A DNA stretch of 64,000 nt from NCBI GenBank assembly GCA_963973795.1, contig CAXBAF010000007.1, forward strand, positions 27,200 to 91,199. The letters are read 5' to 3'. The notes under the pieces are model-generated. The model did no database searches. It had not been told where the DNA came from and was given only the letters and a program-made list of their open reading frames with translations. Shown piece by piece: positions 1-9,075 of this stretch (position 1 is its first letter; the number at the start of each line of letters is the position of its first letter). A program made the position numbers and the translations under genes. This stretch comes from an uncultured Phycisphaerales bacterium. Lineage in GTDB: Bacteria > Planctomycetota > Phycisphaerae > Phycisphaerales > UBA1924.

Positions 1-753
1 CTGCGGAGCGTTGCGGGGACGGTGGAGAACCGGTTTGTGCGCGAGGCGTTGCTCGAGGTCGACGGGGGGGAGAGTGCCCCGTCGGTCCATGTCTTCTTCG
101 CGACGGGGTTTTGCCCGATCCGGGATGAGTTCCGGCTCGATCTTCCGTTGTTTTTTTTCAACGACACCGTTGATTACGTGGGCATCGCGTTCCCCCGGCT
201 CGCGTTTGACGACGACGCGGTGGGGTATCTGGATCTCGAGTCGCCGGACGCATTGGTGCGCACGGAGATGCTCGCGGATATGGACCGTTTGATGGCGATC
301 GAGTTCCGCGAAGAACTGCCGACGCTGATGCGGCGGGCGATCATCGCGACGGTGGCAAAGACGGCGGCGGCCTATGGGATCAACGAGGCAACCCGCGACG
401 ACGAGACGGCGAACGCGCTCGCCCGCATCGCGGCGGGGCTGTATCTGTATTCTCAGAACCGGGCGGACACCCGGGCGTGGGCAACGCTCCCGAAGTCGTA
501 TCAGTATGCACGGCTCGCGGCGCCCTCAGACGGTCGTGTGCTTGTAAGCACACCGGACGGGCAGAGTGTGTTCGTGGATGTCGCTCCGGATTCGGACACG
601 ATTGTGTTTGTTCGGAGCCTGCGTCCGGGGGTAGGCTTGCGGGTACGCTCGGTCCGGTTCGGCTCTGGGGCCGGGGGGGCCAACGTCGAGGAAGGGCCGG
701 AGAAATCGGCTGCGACGCTCTACGAATCACCGACGAACGGAGGCGTGAATTGA
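1..753 (+). CDS. Hypothetical envelope-associated protein, C-terminal part (the gene starts upstream of the window); first gene of a trio with YcfL-like and LpoB-like lipoprotein genes
   Basis: Frame 1 is open from base 1 to TGA 751-753; track ORF 22..753 is the same frame. The stop lies 2 nt before the next ATG. No catalytic motif was recognised. The COG3014-like assignment is only my recollection of what precedes ycfL/lpoB-like genes. Confidence 0.5.
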   Translation: MRSVAGTVENRFVREALLEVDGGESAPSVHVFFATGFCPIRDEFRLDLPLFFFNDTVDYVGIAFPRLAFDDDAVGYLDLESPDALVRTEMLADMDRLMAIEFREELPTLMRRAIIATVAKTAAAYGINEATRDDETANALARIAAGLYLYSQNRADTRAWATLPKSYQYARLAAPSDGRVLVSTPDGQSVFVDVAPDSDTIVFVRSLRPGVGLRVRSVRFGSGAGGANVEEGPEKSAATLYESPTNGGVN

Positions 754-755
754 CC

Positions 756-1187
756 ATGCGAATCAGTGGAATCGCGATTTTGGGCACGCTCGCTCTGGGC
801 TGGCTCGCGGGGTGCCACAGCGGCCCGCCGGCCTCGGTCAACACCGTCGGCCCAGCGCAGCGGCGGGCGGTCCCGACCCCGGTCGCGGATGAGCGGCTGA
901 TTACCGACGAGTTGTTCGCGAACTCGGCGGTGGTGACGGGGCTGATCGAGGGCACGACCCCGGACGGGCTCCGTGTGATCGAGGCGGAGGTGCAGAATGC
1001 GACGAATCGGCACGTGCCGTTCCGCTGGCGGACGTCGTGGTACGACGACCGGGGGCTCGAGGTGCGCGGGCCGACGGTGGTGTGGCGGCACGAGGTGCTG
1101 CCCCCCGGGGCGTTCCGGCGCGTGACGGCGGTGGCGGTGTCGCCTGCGGCGTATGACTTCCGGATGGAATTTTTGTCGGACCGGTAA
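756..1187 (+). CDS. YcfL-like (DUF1425) lipoprotein
   Basis: Internal ATG 756 of track ORF 477..1187 gives MRISGIAILGTLALGWLAGC, a signal peptide plus lipobox. FRWRTSWYDDRGLEV parallels the E. coli YcfL core YRFYWYDARGLEM. Confidence 0.7.
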   Translation: MRISGIAILGTLALGWLAGCHSGPPASVNTVGPAQRRAVPTPVADERLITDELFANSAVVTGLIEGTTPDGLRVIEAEVQNATNRHVPFRWRTSWYDDRGLEVRGPTVVWRHEVLPPGAFRRVTAVAVSPAAYDFRMEFLSDR

Positions 1188-1260
1188 TGATTCAATGACT
1201 GGTTGTCGGCCGGCGGCGTGCGCGCGCGGGCATGCGGCGGCGGGACACGAAAGGGATGCG

Positions 1261-1878
1261 ATGCGGCGGATGCTCGTGAGATCGGCGGTTTGTGGAGTGG
1301 TGCTCGCGGGGCTCGGACTCGCGGGCTGCGAGACATCACCGGTCTCGAACCGGACGCCTTCGCCGACGCGGCGGGTGGGCGAGACGCAGACGCTGGAGAC
1401 GCGCCGGCTGAACCAGCGGGACCTCGAAGATTTCGCGGCCGAGCTCGCGGACGGGTTGATCCGGTCGGGCCGACTCGTCGCGTTCGATGATCAGGGTCCT
1501 CCTTTGGTGCTCATCTCGCGCTTTGTCAACGAGGGTGGGCGGGGCACGATGCACATCGATCGCAACCGGGTGTTCGCCCGGGTGCTCGATGCGATGAACA
1601 GAGCCGGGGTCGCGACGGCGTATGTGGATGATGATCCGACGGTGGAGGCGATCCGCCGCGAGGCGCGAGCCGCGGGGCGTGCGGTGCCCGAGCCTGACTA
1701 TTCGGTGGTGCTTCGGGTGTATGAGGACGTGGCGAGCGTCGGGAACATCAGCGAATTTCAGTACATCCTGCAGATGCAGGTCGCGGCGCTCGATGGGCCT
1801 CGGGTGGGGACGATGGTCTGGAGCGAGGAGCGGGTGATCGCCAAGCAATCGCCTCGGGGCGGGGTGATCGGGCCCTGA
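1261..1878 (+). CDS. LpoB-like (COG3417) lipoprotein
   Basis: ATG 1261 inside track ORF 1153..1878 gives MRRMLVRSAVCGVVLAGLGLAGC (lipobox). LVLISRFVNEGG...RVLDAMNRAG and the C-terminal YILQMQVAAL...MVWSEERVIAKQ parallel E. coli LpoB VLLVDSVNNRTNG...ALANNG and TLQMQLMLVQTGEIIWSGKGAVSQQ. Confidence 0.65.
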   Translation: MRRMLVRSAVCGVVLAGLGLAGCETSPVSNRTPSPTRRVGETQTLETRRLNQRDLEDFAAELADGLIRSGRLVAFDDQGPPLVLISRFVNEGGRGTMHIDRNRVFARVLDAMNRAGVATAYVDDDPTVEAIRREARAAGRAVPEPDYSVVLRVYEDVASVGNISEFQYILQMQVAALDGPRVGTMVWSEERVIAKQSPRGGVIGP

Positions 1879-2071
1879 GTTGCGGCTCCCGTCTGTGGCC
1901 CCGATCGGATCCTCGGGGTGGGCATGACGGGTATGCCCCCGGGTCGGGGCGGTTCGTTGTCGGTCCCCGGCGGTGATGGCCGATATCCGGGGTATGACAG
2001 ACGGATCGAACGAATTTCTGGCGGACGGGTTCGGGACGGACGGGCACGGGGGAGTGATTGGGACGGTGTGC

Positions 2072-3577
2072 ATGTCGATCGGGCTGACGAGGCCGTTTCT
2101 GGTTGGCATCGGTGGGTGCGGGATGTCTGCGCTCGCGCGGGTGCTGTCCGAGGATGGCGCGACGGTGCGCGGCTCGGACATGACCCCGAGCGATGTGACC
2201 CGGGGCCTCGACGAGGCCGGGATCGCGGTCGACTTTGACCAATCGGGCGTTGCTTTGCCTGTCGACATCGATGGGGTGATTGTCTCGGCGGCGATCCGCC
2301 CGGATCACCCGCAGCATGTTGCCGCGGTGGAACGCGGGCTCGCGGTCTTTACCTACGCAGAGGCGCTGGGACGCTGTATGGGCGGTCGGACGGGGGTCTC
2401 GATCGCGGGGACGCACGGGAAGAGCACGACAACGGCGATGCTCGGTTGCGTGCTTGCGGACGCGGGGCTCGACCCTGGCGTGATCGTTGGTGCGTCGTGC
2501 GGGCAGCTCGCCGGCGGGGCGCTCGCGACGGGTGCGCGTCGGGGCATGCCCGGCGGCGCGGGGTTCCGGCTTGGTGCGAAGGCGGTCCCAGCGGGACCTC
2601 TGACGGGCAAGCCCGGGTTCCTGCTCGCGGAAGCCTGCGAGTTCAATCGGTCGTTCCATCACCACAGGCCCGTGATCGGTGCGGTGATGAATGTCGAGGC
2701 GGACCACCTAGATATCTACGGCTCGCTCGACGCGGTCGTGGAGGCGTTCGCGGGATTCGCGGCGTTGCTCCCGGCTGAGGAAGAGGGCGGGCGGCTGCTG
2801 ATCGGGCACGACGGTGCGCATCGCCGTGAGATCACCGCCGGCCTGGGCTGCGCGATCGAGACGATCGGTTTCAGCCCCGCAGCGGACTGGGTCGTGTCGC
2901 ACGATGCGGGTTCTGGCGGCGTCTCGATCGAGGGCCCCGGCGGGGTGCGCACGGGTTGGACGAATACGATGCCGGGTGACCACAACGCGATGAATTCTGC
3001 GACGGCGGCGGCCTTGGCGATCGGGATGGGTGCGGACCCCGAGGTCGTTGGTCGTTCGCTCTCGGCCTTCCGGGGGCTCGATCGGCGGATGCAGGACCTG
3101 GGCGAGCGAACGCTGCCCGGGGGCGGCGCGGTGCGGGTCTTCGACGACTACGGGCACCACCCGACCGAGATCGACGCGACGCTGCGGGCGTTGCGGCATT
3201 CGGCGGTGAGCGAAGGGGGGCGGCTGGTGTGCGTGTTCCAGCCGCACCAGCACAGCCGGACGCGGTTCCTGCTCGATGAGTTCGCGACGAGTTTCGAGCA
3301 GGCGGACGTGGTGATCGTTCCGCACATCTACTTTGTGCGCGACAGCGAGGCCGAGAAGCAGAAGGTGTCCGCGGCCGACCTGGTGGATCGGCTCCGGACG
3401 CGCGGTGTGCGTGCGATGCACCTGTATCCGTTCGGGGCGATCGTCGAGGCGCTCGAGCACGTGTGCCGGGACGGTGATGTGCTGGTCGTCATGGGCGCGG
3501 GCCCGGTGTGGGAGGTTGCCCACGGCTTTGTTGCCCAGGGCGAAGCCGAATCGCCCGGCGCGGCGGTGGCGGGGTGA
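2072..3577 (+). CDS. murC: UDP-N-acetylmuramate--L-alanine ligase
   Basis: Motifs VGIGGCGMSALARVL, GTHGKSTTTAM (P-loop) and FDDYGHHPTEI are present. ATG 2072 gives a canonical N-terminus; the track ORF allows an earlier start at 1973. Confidence 0.93.
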   Translation: MSIGLTRPFLVGIGGCGMSALARVLSEDGATVRGSDMTPSDVTRGLDEAGIAVDFDQSGVALPVDIDGVIVSAAIRPDHPQHVAAVERGLAVFTYAEALGRCMGGRTGVSIAGTHGKSTTTAMLGCVLADAGLDPGVIVGASCGQLAGGALATGARRGMPGGAGFRLGAKAVPAGPLTGKPGFLLAEACEFNRSFHHHRPVIGAVMNVEADHLDIYGSLDAVVEAFAGFAALLPAEEEGGRLLIGHDGAHRREITAGLGCAIETIGFSPAADWVVSHDAGSGGVSIEGPGGVRTGWTNTMPGDHNAMNSATAAALAIGMGADPEVVGRSLSAFRGLDRRMQDLGERTLPGGGAVRVFDDYGHHPTEIDATLRALRHSAVSEGGRLVCVFQPHQHSRTRFLLDEFATSFEQADVVIVPHIYFVRDSEAEKQKVSAADLVDRLRTRGVRAMHLYPFGAIVEALEHVCRDGDVLVVMGAGPVWEVAHGFVAQGEAESPGAAVAG

Positions 3578-4503
3578 GCGTCGTGTCTGCCGGGTTGCAG
3601 ATCGCTGAGCGTGCGCCGATCCCGACCTGGCTCGGGGTGGGTGGCGTGGCGGATCGGCTCTGCCGGCCTCGGGATGTGGCGAAGGTCTCGGCGTGTGTGC
3701 GGGCGCACGGAGACATCCGCGTGCTGGGTGACGGGGCGAATCTGCTGGTCGATGATGACGGCGTGGGCGGGTTGGTGATCGATACGGCGGGCCTTGATGA
3801 GGTCGAGATCGACGACCGGACAGGGTTGGTCCGTGTAGGCGCGGGGGTGAACCTCCCGAAACTGATCACGCGGTGCGCTCGGGTGGGTCTGCGCGGTCTG
3901 GAAGTCCTCGCGGGGATCCCGGCGTCGGTCGGGGGGGCTGCCGTGATGAACGCGGGTGGGCGGTTCGGGGCGATCGCCGACACGATCCACGCGGTCGAGA
4001 TCGTGCGTGAGGATGGGGCGGTGGAGCGGGTCGAACGCGGTGCGATCGCGTACGGGTACCGGGCGAGCGGGCTGGCGGGTGTGGTCGTCGGGGTGGAGTT
4101 TGGGCTCGAGCCGGGTGATCCGGTGGCGATCCGCGATCGGCTGAAATCGTGCATGGCGTATAAAAAGAATTCGCAGCCGATGGCGGCGGATTCGGCGGGG
4201 TGCTGTTTCAAGAACCCGCTGTTGGCCGAACCGATTGACGGGATCGGAGAAGAGGGGGCACGGGTGAGCGCAGGGATGCTGATTGACCGTGCGGGGTGCA
4301 AGGGGTTGCGATCGGGCGGCGCGGTGGTGAGCGGCGAGCATGCGAATTTTCTGGTGACCGAGCGAGGCGCGTGCGCGGGGGATGTGATCCGTCTGATGGA
4401 CGAGGTGGCGGCCCGGGTGCGCGACACGTTCGGCGTTGAACTGGAACGCGAGGTCGTGGTCTGGCGACGTGGTTGTAAAGAGCAGCTGGAGGGCTCGCGA
4501 TGA
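3574..4503 (+). CDS. murB: UDP-N-acetylenolpyruvoylglucosamine reductase
   Basis: Motifs TWLGVGGVA, GDGANLLV, YKKNSQP, AGCCFKNP and HANFLV are present. GTG 3574 overlaps the murC stop (GTGA) and gives a typical length of about 309 aa; the track ORF starts at 3508. Confidence 0.9.
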   Translation: MSVVSAGLQIAERAPIPTWLGVGGVADRLCRPRDVAKVSACVRAHGDIRVLGDGANLLVDDDGVGGLVIDTAGLDEVEIDDRTGLVRVGAGVNLPKLITRCARVGLRGLEVLAGIPASVGGAAVMNAGGRFGAIADTIHAVEIVREDGAVERVERGAIAYGYRASGLAGVVVGVEFGLEPGDPVAIRDRLKSCMAYKKNSQPMAADSAGCCFKNPLLAEPIDGIGEEGARVSAGMLIDRAGCKGLRSGGAVVSGEHANFLVTERGACAGDVIRLMDEVAARVRDTFGVELEREVVVWRRGCKEQLEGSR

Positions 4504-5468
4504 GTTTGCCTTCGGTGCTCGTGCTGGCAGGCGGGCCTGACGCGGAGCGGGCGATCAGTCTCGAGAGTGGGGCGGCGGTTGCTCGCGCCCTGCGGGAGGC
4601 TGGGCACGCGGTCGAGTTTTGCGAGATAGACGGTTTGGACGGGTCGGCACTGGACGCAATGCCGGGCGATGTCGTGTTTCCTGTGCTCCACGGACTGTGG
4701 GGCGAGGGCGGCCCGTTGCAATCGGTGCTCGAGGCTGCTCGTGAGCGGACGGGGCGGGGGTATGTCGGGTGTGGGCCTTCGGCGTCCCGGCTGGCGATGG
4801 ACAAACTCGCGACGAAGATCGCGGCCGGGCGAGCGGGCGTGCGGACACCGCTTGCGGGGGTCGTGGACCCACGTGACGTGTCGTGCTGCGTGCCGCTGCC
4901 GGTGGTGGTGAAGCCGGTTCACGAGGGGTCGAGCGTCGGGCTGATGATCTGCCGGGATCTCGAGGCGTGGGCGACCGCTCGCGAACTGGTCGCGGCGGAT
5001 TCACAGACGGCTCGGGTGTACATGGCCGAGATGATGATCTCGGGGCGCGAGGTGACGGTGTCGCTCGTCGAGGACGGCGATGGCGGGTTTCTGGATCTCC
5101 CGCTTGTGGAGATTATCGCGAGCGGTGGGGTGTATGACTATGACGCGAAGTACACGCGCGGGGATACGCGGTATGTGGTCGAACCCGGGTTGCCCGATGG
5201 CCTGGCGGATGAGATCCGCGAGGCGGCGATCCGGCTCGCGCTGGTGATCGGTGCCCGGGATCTTTCGCGGGTTGATTTTCTGATCGATGGCGAAGGCGTC
5301 GCGTGGTTGCTCGAGCTGAACACGATGCCGGGTTTCACGGCTTCGAGCCTGCTTCCCAAGGCCGCGGCGGCGCGGGGGATCGGGCTTCCGGCACTCGTGT
5401 CGCGGTTGGTCTCGTTGGCGGCTGCGCGTTCGTCGGACGGCGCGGCGTGCGAGAAGATGTCTCGCTGA
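4500..5468 (+). CDS. ddl: D-alanine--D-alanine ligase
   Basis: Motifs VLHGLWGEGG, VVVKPVHEGSSVGL and LLELNTMPGFT are present. The start overlaps the murB stop (ATGA). Confidence 0.93.
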   Translation: MSLPSVLVLAGGPDAERAISLESGAAVARALREAGHAVEFCEIDGLDGSALDAMPGDVVFPVLHGLWGEGGPLQSVLEAARERTGRGYVGCGPSASRLAMDKLATKIAAGRAGVRTPLAGVVDPRDVSCCVPLPVVVKPVHEGSSVGLMICRDLEAWATARELVAADSQTARVYMAEMMISGREVTVSLVEDGDGGFLDLPLVEIIASGGVYDYDAKYTRGDTRYVVEPGLPDGLADEIREAAIRLALVIGARDLSRVDFLIDGEGVAWLLELNTMPGFTASSLLPKAAAARGIGLPALVSRLVSLAAARSSDGAACEKMSR

Positions 5469-5474
5469 CTCTTT

Positions 5475-6431
5475 GTGAACGGAATCATGATGGCGAAGCA
5501 AACGAGACGGTCCAAGAAGAAGACACCGCGCAACTGGAAGGGGTACGGGCGCATCGCGTTGCGTTGCGTTTCGGTTCTGCTGCTGATCGTGTTGGCGTTC
5601 TCGCTCGTGTTCGGCGTGGGGCGATTACGCACGCATGCGGAGGGGCGATTACTTCTGGCGGGACAGAACGCCGCGCCGGATCGGGTGGGCGCGTTCACGG
5701 TGTCGTTCGCGTGGCCCGCGCTGCGGAACACGCCTGGCGAGACCTGGATGCGGCCCGAGGACATGGCGTCGCTGACGCGGGTTGCTGAGTCGGTTGTGCG
5801 GCGGGACGCGCCGCTGAGTGTCGTGCCGCTTCGGGCGGTGTCCGAAACGCTGGGCGATACGGGGTGGTTCGATGGCGATCCGGTCGTCCGTCGCGTGGGG
5901 CCCGGGCGGATCGACGTGGATGGCGACTGGCGGATTCCCGCGGCGGTCGTGCGTTGGGAAGGGATCGATCATCTGGTTTCGGACGCGGCGATGCCGATGC
6001 CGGTCGAGGTCCCGGCGGGTGGGCTGAATCTTCCGTTTATCGAGGGTGTTTACAGCGGTGCGGTCGTCCGCGGCGCCGCGCGATACGCGAACCCCTGGCC
6101 TGGGCCCGGGGTGCGTGTCGGGCTCGATCTTCTCGGGGTGATCCGGAGTAGGGGGTTGGGTGCGGAGGTGTCGGGAATCGACGTCGCGGGGTATCTTAAC
6201 GGGGGGCCTATCGAGATCGTTTCTGCGGACGGGAATCGGGTTGTGTGGGGCTCGCCTGTTGATGAGTGGATCCCCGGGGAGCCGACGGTGAACGAGAAGA
6301 TCGCGCGACTCGAGCAGTTGATCGAACGCACCGGCGCGATCGATGCGGGGCAGCGGCGTGTGGAGATCCATCGGGCCCGGGTCGAGATCGATCGCACGGG
6401 ATCGCTCGGCGGCGGGACTGGTTCGGACTGA
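5475..6431 (+). CDS. FtsQ-like cell-division/envelope protein (bitopic)
   Basis: The gene sits immediately after ddl, as in dcw clusters. It has a basic N-terminal tail (KQTRRSKKKTPRNWK), one TM helix (IALRCVSVLLLIVLAFSLVFGVG) and a periplasmic domain of about 260 aa. The POTRA fold is not verifiable by eye. Confidence 0.5.
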   Translation: MNGIMMAKQTRRSKKKTPRNWKGYGRIALRCVSVLLLIVLAFSLVFGVGRLRTHAEGRLLLAGQNAAPDRVGAFTVSFAWPALRNTPGETWMRPEDMASLTRVAESVVRRDAPLSVVPLRAVSETLGDTGWFDGDPVVRRVGPGRIDVDGDWRIPAAVVRWEGIDHLVSDAAMPMPVEVPAGGLNLPFIEGVYSGAVVRGAARYANPWPGPGVRVGLDLLGVIRSRGLGAEVSGIDVAGYLNGGPIEIVSADGNRVVWGSPVDEWIPGEPTVNEKIARLEQLIERTGAIDAGQRRVEIHRARVEIDRTGSLGGGTGSD

Positions 6432-7237
6432 TGGCGGACGAGACGCGGGAGTCGGCGCCCTCGGCGGAGGCCGATCTCGACATCTTCGGGAAGCCTCCCG
6501 CGAAGCATCGCGATTGGTCGCATCGGCGTCGCGAGCCGCGAGGGCTTGCGCTTGCGTGGACCGTGTATCTCATGCTTGCGACGATCGTCGCGCTCGTGCC
6601 GATGGTTCTCTCGGGTCAGTTGAGCGGTGATGTCTACCGGCCTTCGGCGCGGGTGATGGTCGTGCTCGTCACGGTCGGACTGACGGTGCTGTGGCCGGTG
6701 TTGCGGGTTTCGCAGGCACCGCAAGGCGCGCGGCCCGTGCTGGACGTCGTGCGAGATCTGGGCGTGTTGTGGCTGCCCGCGATGGTGCTGCTGTGGCCAC
6801 AGTCGGTGCTCGCGGGGTGGCCGGTGCGTGTTGTCGGTGCGGCGTCGGTCGTTCTGATTGTCTGGGGCCTGGTGAGCGGCGCTGGATTGATGATCTGGCA
6901 CCGGCATTCGCGGGGTGGCTTCGCCGGGCGGCTTGTGTTGACGACTTTCTGCGTTGGCATCGCGGGAGTGATCCCGCTGGTGCTCGCGACGGCGGGCGTG
7001 CTGTCGTTGGATGCGCCCGCATCGCTGCCGTCGGCGGGTTGGGTGTGGTCGCCTGTGACGGGCGTCTGGGAGATGCTGCGGGAACGGCCCTGGAGCGGGA
7101 TGCCGGCGGCGGTGTCCGGGGCTCACTGGTCGGTGCTGCGGTTGCAGTTGTTGATTTCGGGCGGTGTTTTTTTCGTCTCGGCGATCGTCTGCCGCGGCAA
7201 GCCGCGCGGGGTCGATTCTCCCGCGGATCGTCGCTGA
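6431..7237 (+). CDS. Multi-pass integral membrane protein, unknown function
   Basis: ATG 6431 overlaps the upstream stop (TGATG) inside track ORF 6266..7237. There are several long hydrophobic segments, for example [62 protein letters not shown] and [24 protein letters not shown]. Confidence 0.6.
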   Translation: MADETRESAPSAEADLDIFGKPPAKHRDWSHRRREPRGLALAWTVYLMLATIVALVPMVLSGQLSGDVYRPSARVMVVLVTVGLTVLWPVLRVSQAPQGARPVLDVVRDLGVLWLPAMVLLWPQSVLAGWPVRVVGAASVVLIVWGLVSGAGLMIWHRHSRGGFAGRLVLTTFCVGIAGVIPLVLATAGVLSLDAPASLPSAGWVWSPVTGVWEMLRERPWSGMPAAVSGAHWSVLRLQLLISGGVFFVSAIVCRGKPRGVDSPADRR

Positions 7238-7338
7238 TTCTCGCGGCGGCGGCTATGCTGGTTTATCTCGACCCCAGACGGCACGGTCCCCGAATGCGAC
7301 CGGCCAGGGCGGTGGATTTTTCTACGGATTGGACGGCT

Positions 7339-7803
7339 ATGGAATTCATCACCGAAGACGAGCGGGCTCAGTTGAAAGCGAAGTTGGACGGGCTGCACGC
7401 CAATCGTCCCAAGATCTCGGAACGCATCGCTGAGGCCCGGGCGTTGGGCGATCTCAAGGAGAACGCGGAGTATCACTCGGCGCGCGAGCAGCAGGGGCTC
7501 GAGGAAGCAGAGATCCGCCGTCTCGAGGAAAGGCTCGCAACCGCGCAGGTGATCGATAAGTCCAGCGGTGCCGCTGGCGTGGTGTTCATCGGGTCGATGG
7601 TGAAGCTCAAGGACAAGAAGACCGGCGATGAAGATGTGTACCGGCTCGTGGGCGAATCGTCCGGTGAGATGAGTGACGAGTTCATCGAGGTGACGACCAG
7701 CAGCCCGATGGGCGAGGCACTGATGAAGTCCCGCGTCGGCGAGGTCGTCAATGTCCGGGCGCCGCGCGGCGTCAAGTCGTTCGAGATTCTCGAGATTCTC
7801 TGA
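7339..7803 (+). CDS. greA: Transcription elongation factor GreA
   Basis: ATG 7339 inside track ORF 6691..7803 gives [16 protein letters not shown]... with [17 protein letters not shown] and a C-terminal FKBP-like part. Length is 154 aa. Confidence 0.93.
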   Translation: MEFITEDERAQLKAKLDGLHANRPKISERIAEARALGDLKENAEYHSAREQQGLEEAEIRRLEERLATAQVIDKSSGAAGVVFIGSMVKLKDKKTGDEDVYRLVGESSGEMSDEFIEVTTSSPMGEALMKSRVGEVVNVRAPRGVKSFEILEIL

Positions 7804-7873
7804 GTCGTGTTCTCTGACATCTGATGGTGCGGATGTTTCTTCTCCTTTGTTCCAGACGCTTCGGGGTGCTCCG

Positions 7874-8263
7874 ATGATCCGCCCGGTTCTGTACAGCAAG
7901 ATTCACATGGCGACGGTGACCGCGGCGAAGCCTGACTACGTCGGCTCGATCACGATCGACGCGGACCTGCTCGCGGCGACGGGGATCCGGGTCAACGACC
8001 GGGTGCTGATCGCCAACTGCCGGAACGGTGCCCGGTTCGAGACCTATGTGTTCCTGGGTGAGGCGGGGAGCGGGGCGATCGAACTCAACGGAGCGGCGGC
8101 GCACCTCGTCGAATCGGGGGACCGCGTGATCATCATGCACTTCGCGATGATGGACGACGCTGAGTATGCGTCGCACCGCCCCCGGGTGGCGATCATTGGC
8201 GAGGGGAACCGGATCGTGGACCGGCTCCGGTATGAGCCGAGCGATCTGCCGATCCGCGACTGA
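7874..8263 (+). CDS. panD: Aspartate 1-decarboxylase (pyruvoyl-dependent)
   Basis: ATG 7874 inside track ORF 7751..8263 gives MIRPVLYSKIHMATVTAAKPDYVGSITID. The self-processing Gly-Ser site is present. Confidence 0.92.
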   Translation: MIRPVLYSKIHMATVTAAKPDYVGSITIDADLLAATGIRVNDRVLIANCRNGARFETYVFLGEAGSGAIELNGAAAHLVESGDRVIIMHFAMMDDAEYASHRPRVAIIGEGNRIVDRLRYEPSDLPIRD

Positions 8264-8548
8264 AATGGCCGTTTGATTTTGAGTGGGCCGGCATGCGCGG
8301 GATCTGCGCGTCTTTGGCTGGTGCTGCGATGGTGAGATCCGTAGGTCTACGCGAATTCTTTGTTCGGTGACGATTTGTCGAGCGCGTCGCGAATGGGCGC
8401 GGTGATTCCGGGCTTGTGACTCTGGAGCGGGTGCACGAGCCACGGATGGCGGGACCGCTGGGCCGGCGGATAGCGCTCGCTTCTTGTTTCTCCTCGGTGC
8501 CGCCTGGGCATGACTGCGCGGGCGGCATTTTCACGGTCGGTGTGCGCG

Positions 8549-8935
8549 TCAGCCGCACGCGGCGCACACGCCGTAGAGCGTGATCTCGTGCCCGGTGAGC
8601 CTGAATCCCTTGGGGAGGAGCGGCTTGAGGTTGCCCGGGCATCCCTCGATATCGAACGTCTTGCCGCACACTTCGCAGTGGAAGTGGTGGTGGTGCTTGA
8701 GGCCCGCGGACTCGTAAAGCGCGGGCTGGCCTGGCAGTTCGACCTTGATGATCTCGCCCTCTTCGAGCAGGGCGTTGATGTTGCGATAGACCGTCGCGAG
8801 GGAGATCGAGGGGACGTCGGTACGGCTGATCTCGAGGAGTTCCTGAGGCCCGAGGGGCCTGTCGGATCGTTCGATCGCATCGCGGATCGCGGTCCGCTGC
8901 CGGGTGTTGCGTGGTTGCTGGTTCTGCTCGCTCAC
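8549..8935 (-). CDS. Fur-family metalloregulator (Fur, Zur or PerR type not resolved)
   Basis: The C-terminal 128 codons of track ORF 8549..9703 read RNTRQRTAIRDAIE...LATVYRNINALLEEG...HHHHFHCEVCG...GVCAAC, a winged helix plus two CxxC pairs. GTG 8935 is an in-frame start. The upstream part of the track ORF is Pro/Arg-rich and antisense to the next gene. Confidence 0.8.
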   Translation of the reverse strand: MSEQNQQPRNTRQRTAIRDAIERSDRPLGPQELLEISRTDVPSISLATVYRNINALLEEGEIIKVELPGQPALYESAGLKHHHHFHCEVCGKTFDIEGCPGNLKPLLPKGFRLTGHEITLYGVCAACG

Positions 8936-9075
8936 GGGGGATCTTGGGGGGCGGACGCTGGAAGTCAACCTCGGTCGGACTTGAGGGGGGAGACCGAGCG
9001 GGGCGGTGGGCTCGGCGAATCGGTAGACTCGGGGGCGTGCGACGCGGCTAAACGAGACGGCCGCGGGCCTTCGGC

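Noticed and set aside
151-158. T8 homopolymer inside the first CDS, and a T7 run at about 7169-7175 in the membrane-protein gene, as possible phase-variation tracts
   Set aside because: They encode Phe-Phe-Phe or Phe-Phe in hydrophobic contexts. Runs of this length are too short for efficient slipped-strand switching, and there is no supporting evidence.
1336-3523. Minus-strand ORFs opposite the lpoB-like gene, murC and murB (1336..2268, 1748..2707, 2708..3523, 3328..4341, 3489..4922)
   Set aside because: These are antisense shadows of confidently identified plus-strand genes, with low-complexity Arg/Pro/His-rich translations.
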